From assembly GCF_052425735.1 (NCBI RefSeq), contig NC_135768.1, positions 16,430,001 through 16,494,000 of the forward strand: DNA of 64,000 nt. Direction: 5' to 3'. The DNA is from Oculina patagonica (lineage: Eukaryota). Shown here piece by piece: positions 60,371 through 64,000 of the stretch. The notes under the pieces were generated by a model. The model made no database searches and was not told the origin of the DNA. It saw nothing but the letters and a program-made list of their open reading frames with translations. The position numbers and the translations under genes are program-made. Within the stretch, counting starts at the first letter, position 1, and the number at the start of each line of letters is the position of its first letter.

Positions 60371-62569
60371 ATGGAGTCCCTTTTGGAAAACCTTAAACAA
60401 CGTCTTACCTGCTCGATTTGTCTCGATATCTACAACGAACCCAAAACTATATCATGTCTTCACACATTTTGCTGTGAGTGTCTGTCGAATCATGCAAGAA
60501 AAAGCCACAGACAAGGAAAGTTTTTATGTCCGGAGTGCAGAGCCGAAATCGATTTACCCGAAGGAAATCGCTTCGACAGTTTGCCGAACAGTTTTTTCCA
60601 TAACAGTTTGTTGAGTCTCCTTGCTGTTAGACGGAGTGGCGATGGAAGTAACATTACTTGTTCTCAATGTAGAAAGAACAACTCCCAAATGTACTATTGT
60701 TTTGATTGTGGACAATTTATGTGCCCAGACTGTAACAACGCTCACGAAATGTTAAAGGCATCGTTCGAAGGTCACAAAGTCACGCCAGTGAAGAAGTTTA
60801 AAGCGGAAGATTACGAGGCGTTGCTGAAGCGACAGCCATTTTGCTCGCAGCAGTTCCACGAGAAAGAAATCACAAGATTTTTTTGCTTTTCGTGTCAAGA
60901 TTGTGTTTGCCAAATTTGCATTGTCACGGATCACCGGAATCACGAGATTGTTTTACTCGACAAAGCAGCCCATGACGAGAAACCCAACATCATGTCGGGC
61001 GCTGAAATGATCGAGGAAAAGATAAGCGAGGTTTGTGAAGTGATTCGACAATTTGAAGAAACGATTTCTGAGCTTGAAAGAAATGCCGCAACCGCTAAAC
61101 GTGGAGTCTCGCAAGCTGCTGAACAAATGATCGCAGAGATTCGAGAGCGCGAGCGAGAGGCGATTATATCACTCGAGACTACACGCGTGACGAGACTCGA
61201 GAGAATTAACTCGGCTATGCAGGAAGCACAGTCCCTGGTCAAACAAATGAAACAAGCGGTTGAGTTTGCTAATAATCTGACACAGAGAAGCTCAAGCTCG
61301 GATATCATGCGAAACAAGGAAACTTTGAAGCAGCGATTTGAAGTGCTGCGTGCAGTTGAGGTTGCTAAACAAAACGAAACAGCATTTGTCAAATTTACAG
61401 CGGCTTTGGTAGTGGACTTGAAACTGGGTTTCATTGAGACCACGAAAAAGTGCAAGGCAGAGGCAAATCGATCAACGCTTGAAGGACTGGATCAAACTCT
61501 TCAGGCTGGTGTAGAAGCAGAGTTTACGTTATGCCCCAAAACATCTGAAGGGGCTGATCTCAAAGATCAAGTTGAAGTTCTCATAGAACCCGCTGAAGAT
61601 GTAACAAATGTGATGGTTTGCGAGAAAGAGGACGGTAATCTTCAGGTGAAATTTACACCGAAAGTACCAGGCGCCTTCAGCATCGAAGTGAAGATCAATG
61701 GCGATAAACTTCCTACCTGTCCTTTTACTGTGCAGGTGAAGGAACGTGAACTTGTTGTAGTCGGTGAGTTGGACTTAAAACTCTTTCAAGGAGACGTGCC
61801 CCAATCGTTTTGTGGGATTGCTGCAAACACGGAAGGAAAGATAGTTGTGGCAGATTACAATGGACACTGTGTTCGTGTCTTCGATAAAGAAGGCAACTGT
61901 TTAAGGAAAATTGACAACAAAGGATCAAATTCTGGACAATTTAACTATCCAGCTGGCATTTCGCTTTTTAATGACAACGAGATTCTATTTGCAGATTTCG
62001 GTAATCATAGAACACAACACATAAATATCCAGACAGGAACTGCCGTCAAAAGCTTTGGTAAACCTGGTGCAGGAAATGGAGAGTTTCAGAATCCACTTGA
62101 TGTTTGTTTGGATGATGAAGGACGCATAGTTGTAACCGAGTGGGGGAATCAGAGGATACATGTGTTGTCAAAGGAAGGAGAAACTGTTTCCATATTTGGA
62201 GACAGCGGGCCAGAGAAACTTTGCCGTCCAAGAAGCTGCATTCCTTGCAAAAACATGTTTCTCGTATCTGATACAAACAATAACTCCATTAAGGTTTACA
62301 ATCAGTCAGGAACTTTTATGTACAAGTTTGGAAAACCAGGGAATCAACACGGACAATTTAACTCTCCGTGGGGTATGCTTGTAGACAGGTCCAACAATCT
62401 TCTGATATGTGATAGGTTCAATAACCGAGTTCAGCAATTTTCTTTAGACGGTCGCTTCACTGGCAAAACTCTCACTCATTTACCAGATCCTATTGCAATA
62501 GCGACAGCACCAGATGGACGTATTCTCGTGACTAGCTTTGCAGCTAACAAAGTATACATATTGCAGTAG
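60371..62569 (+). CDS. TRIM-NHL E3 ligase copy 3, intronless, 732 aa
   Basis: Intact ORF with RING, B-box1/2, coiled coil, filamin (5-aa deletion relative to the others) and six NHL blades. Confidence 0.93.
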   Translation: MESLLENLKQRLTCSICLDIYNEPKTISCLHTFCCECLSNHARKSHRQGKFLCPECRAEIDLPEGNRFDSLPNSFFHNSLLSLLAVRRSGDGSNITCSQCRKNNSQMYYCFDCGQFMCPDCNNAHEMLKASFEGHKVTPVKKFKAEDYEALLKRQPFCSQQFHEKEITRFFCFSCQDCVCQICIVTDHRNHEIVLLDKAAHDEKPNIMSGAEMIEEKISEVCEVIRQFEETISELERNAATAKRGVSQAAEQMIAEIREREREAIISLETTRVTRLERINSAMQEAQSLVKQMKQAVEFANNLTQRSSSSDIMRNKETLKQRFEVLRAVEVAKQNETAFVKFTAALVVDLKLGFIETTKKCKAEANRSTLEGLDQTLQAGVEAEFTLCPKTSEGADLKDQVEVLIEPAEDVTNVMVCEKEDGNLQVKFTPKVPGAFSIEVKINGDKLPTCPFTVQVKERELVVVGELDLKLFQGDVPQSFCGIAANTEGKIVVADYNGHCVRVFDKEGNCLRKIDNKGSNSGQFNYPAGISLFNDNEILFADFGNHRTQHINIQTGTAVKSFGKPGAGNGEFQNPLDVCLDDEGRIVVTEWGNQRIHVLSKEGETVSIFGDSGPEKLCRPRSCIPCKNMFLVSDTNNNSIKVYNQSGTFMYKFGKPGNQHGQFNSPWGMLVDRSNNLLICDRFNNRVQQFSLDGRFTGKTLTHLPDPIAIATAPDGRILVTSFAANKVYILQ

Positions 62570-64000
62570 ATGTTTTAATCGTCATTATTTGTAGTCTGTA
62601 GCCTGTTTTGCAATGCGGGGTCTCTGGTATGACATTGTGCATTTTCTGGTCTAAGTTGTATGACGTCATGTTTCTATATGGCGATGTTTACCCAAAATAC
62701 AATGGTTATGCGAACGAATCTAGTGAACTGATATTGTCATGATGTTGTAAATGTTTTTAAATTTGGAAAAGACAAAATCATGTAGTACACACTTGTTTAA
62801 AAGATCAATCATTTGAATTTTTGTTACCTTCGGTACTGCCTTAGAAAGAGATATAGAAATTTCTGGCGGCTTAAGTAGTTTGATATCTGTGAGGTAGAAA
62901 ATATATATTTTCAGCGTTGAATTTTTCTTTTTTTACCAAAAGGAGTTTCGAACCTCAGTTTTCTATTAAATCCATTAAAATTGGCACGACGGACAATTTA
63001 ATGTTTAAGTATATATTTGAAAAGATGAAGTTTTCGTAGTATCAATTTGCGATAATAAATGTAAAATAATAATAATAATAATAATAATAATATTCAGTTT
63101 GGTAGTTTTCTTTTTTGTAGCTGAAAGAAGCTATCTTGTTTCTAAGCTTTTTGAGAAGACTTAGATGTGTTAGCTTGGTACAATCTGATTTTCAATGTTA
63201 AAACTTTTTTTAGTAATGTTTAATAAAACTGTTTTAAAATTGAACAAACCTACTTTTTTAACTTTTCTGTTCCCAATATTGCTAATTAAACTTGAAAGCA
63301 GACGCTACGGGCGAGTGAGCTTTGAAAGAGTTGTCCTGTGTAGACTGTGTATACATTGTATATCACACGGATAGTCCTGGTGACGAGATTGTGTTTCCCA
63401 TGATCTTAAGCCTGAAACTACGTACTTTCTTTCGTTTTTCTGCTAAGTAAGAACGAGAAAAGGATGGCAATGATTTAGGGTGAGCCATGTATGATTAAAT
63501 TAACTCCAAGCAATTCAATCTACCTTCTATTTTCATTCTAAACAACGTCTTGCAAAACTAGCTGCTAATTTTAGTAGGTTTTCCCTTCGGGAATGATTCT
63601 AAGCCACGCCATGTCTTGGACAGTTTGCAAATGAAAAGCGTGTTTTTTTCACGCAGTATTATTTTGTGTAATTCCCTGAGTATTAAACATGTCCGATATT
63701 GCTTGGAAAAAAAACTCGGCAACACTCATCGGGAGGCATATGTTTACACGCGAACTTTCAGGCTCAAAACCTAACTAACGATTGCGTTTTTCTCTGCCGT
63801 CAATCATAATTACAATCACGAACCTTGAAGAAAAGAAACAAACAAACAAAAATGGAAATTTACCAATCACAACCCATGAACGTAACCTGTCCAATTGTTT
63901 AAGTAAACTTCCCTTTCTTGAGAGATCTGCTAAGGTGATTAACCAAAAATGCTCTTTGTCAGTCAATTCATCTTTCGAGTTCGAAGACTCTTCAAACATG

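Noticed and set aside
45219-62569. Diversity-generating retroelement (RT next to variable TRIM genes)
   Set aside because: The RT is an ordinary L1-type ORF2 with APE endonuclease. No template repeat was seen and the differences are not obviously adenine-specific.
38027-62569. Gene-conversion mosaicism among TRIM copies
   Set aside because: With only three sequences and no outgroup, two-versus-one patterns are equally explained by private substitutions.

Overview
Eukaryotic, intron-rich animal DNA. It is most likely from an anthozoan cnidarian (stony-coral-like); this is inferred from the repeat families and gene content, not proven. Four main elements were reconstructed by hand. (1) An 11-exon DLK/LZK-type MAP3K on the + strand (1581-12503, 702 aa). 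(2) A convergent 21-exon minus-strand gene (36078->17429, about 1665 aa) with an unusual adhesion-GPCR-like architecture: signal peptide, 3 MANEC-like Cys domains, SEA, HormR, GAIN/GPS, then only ONE transmembrane helix and a cytoplasmic tail. About 530 aa of Q/P/N/Y/G/R-rich sequence with convertase sites sits inside the GAIN domain. (3) A tandem array of three intronless RING-Bbox-Bbox-CC-filamin-NHL (TRIM-NHL) genes plus orphan promoter heads. The NHL top-face positions are highly variable and the promoters carry STAT/GAS-like motifs. (4) A full-length L1/Tx1-type LINE inserted about 130 bp upstream of TRIM copy 2. The window also holds SINEs, many MITEs with verifiable TIRs and TSDs, Crypton-like relics, a ~200-bp satellite and a hairpin-containing ~80-bp minisatellite. 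Exon models come from manual GT-AG and phase checking. No database searches were run.
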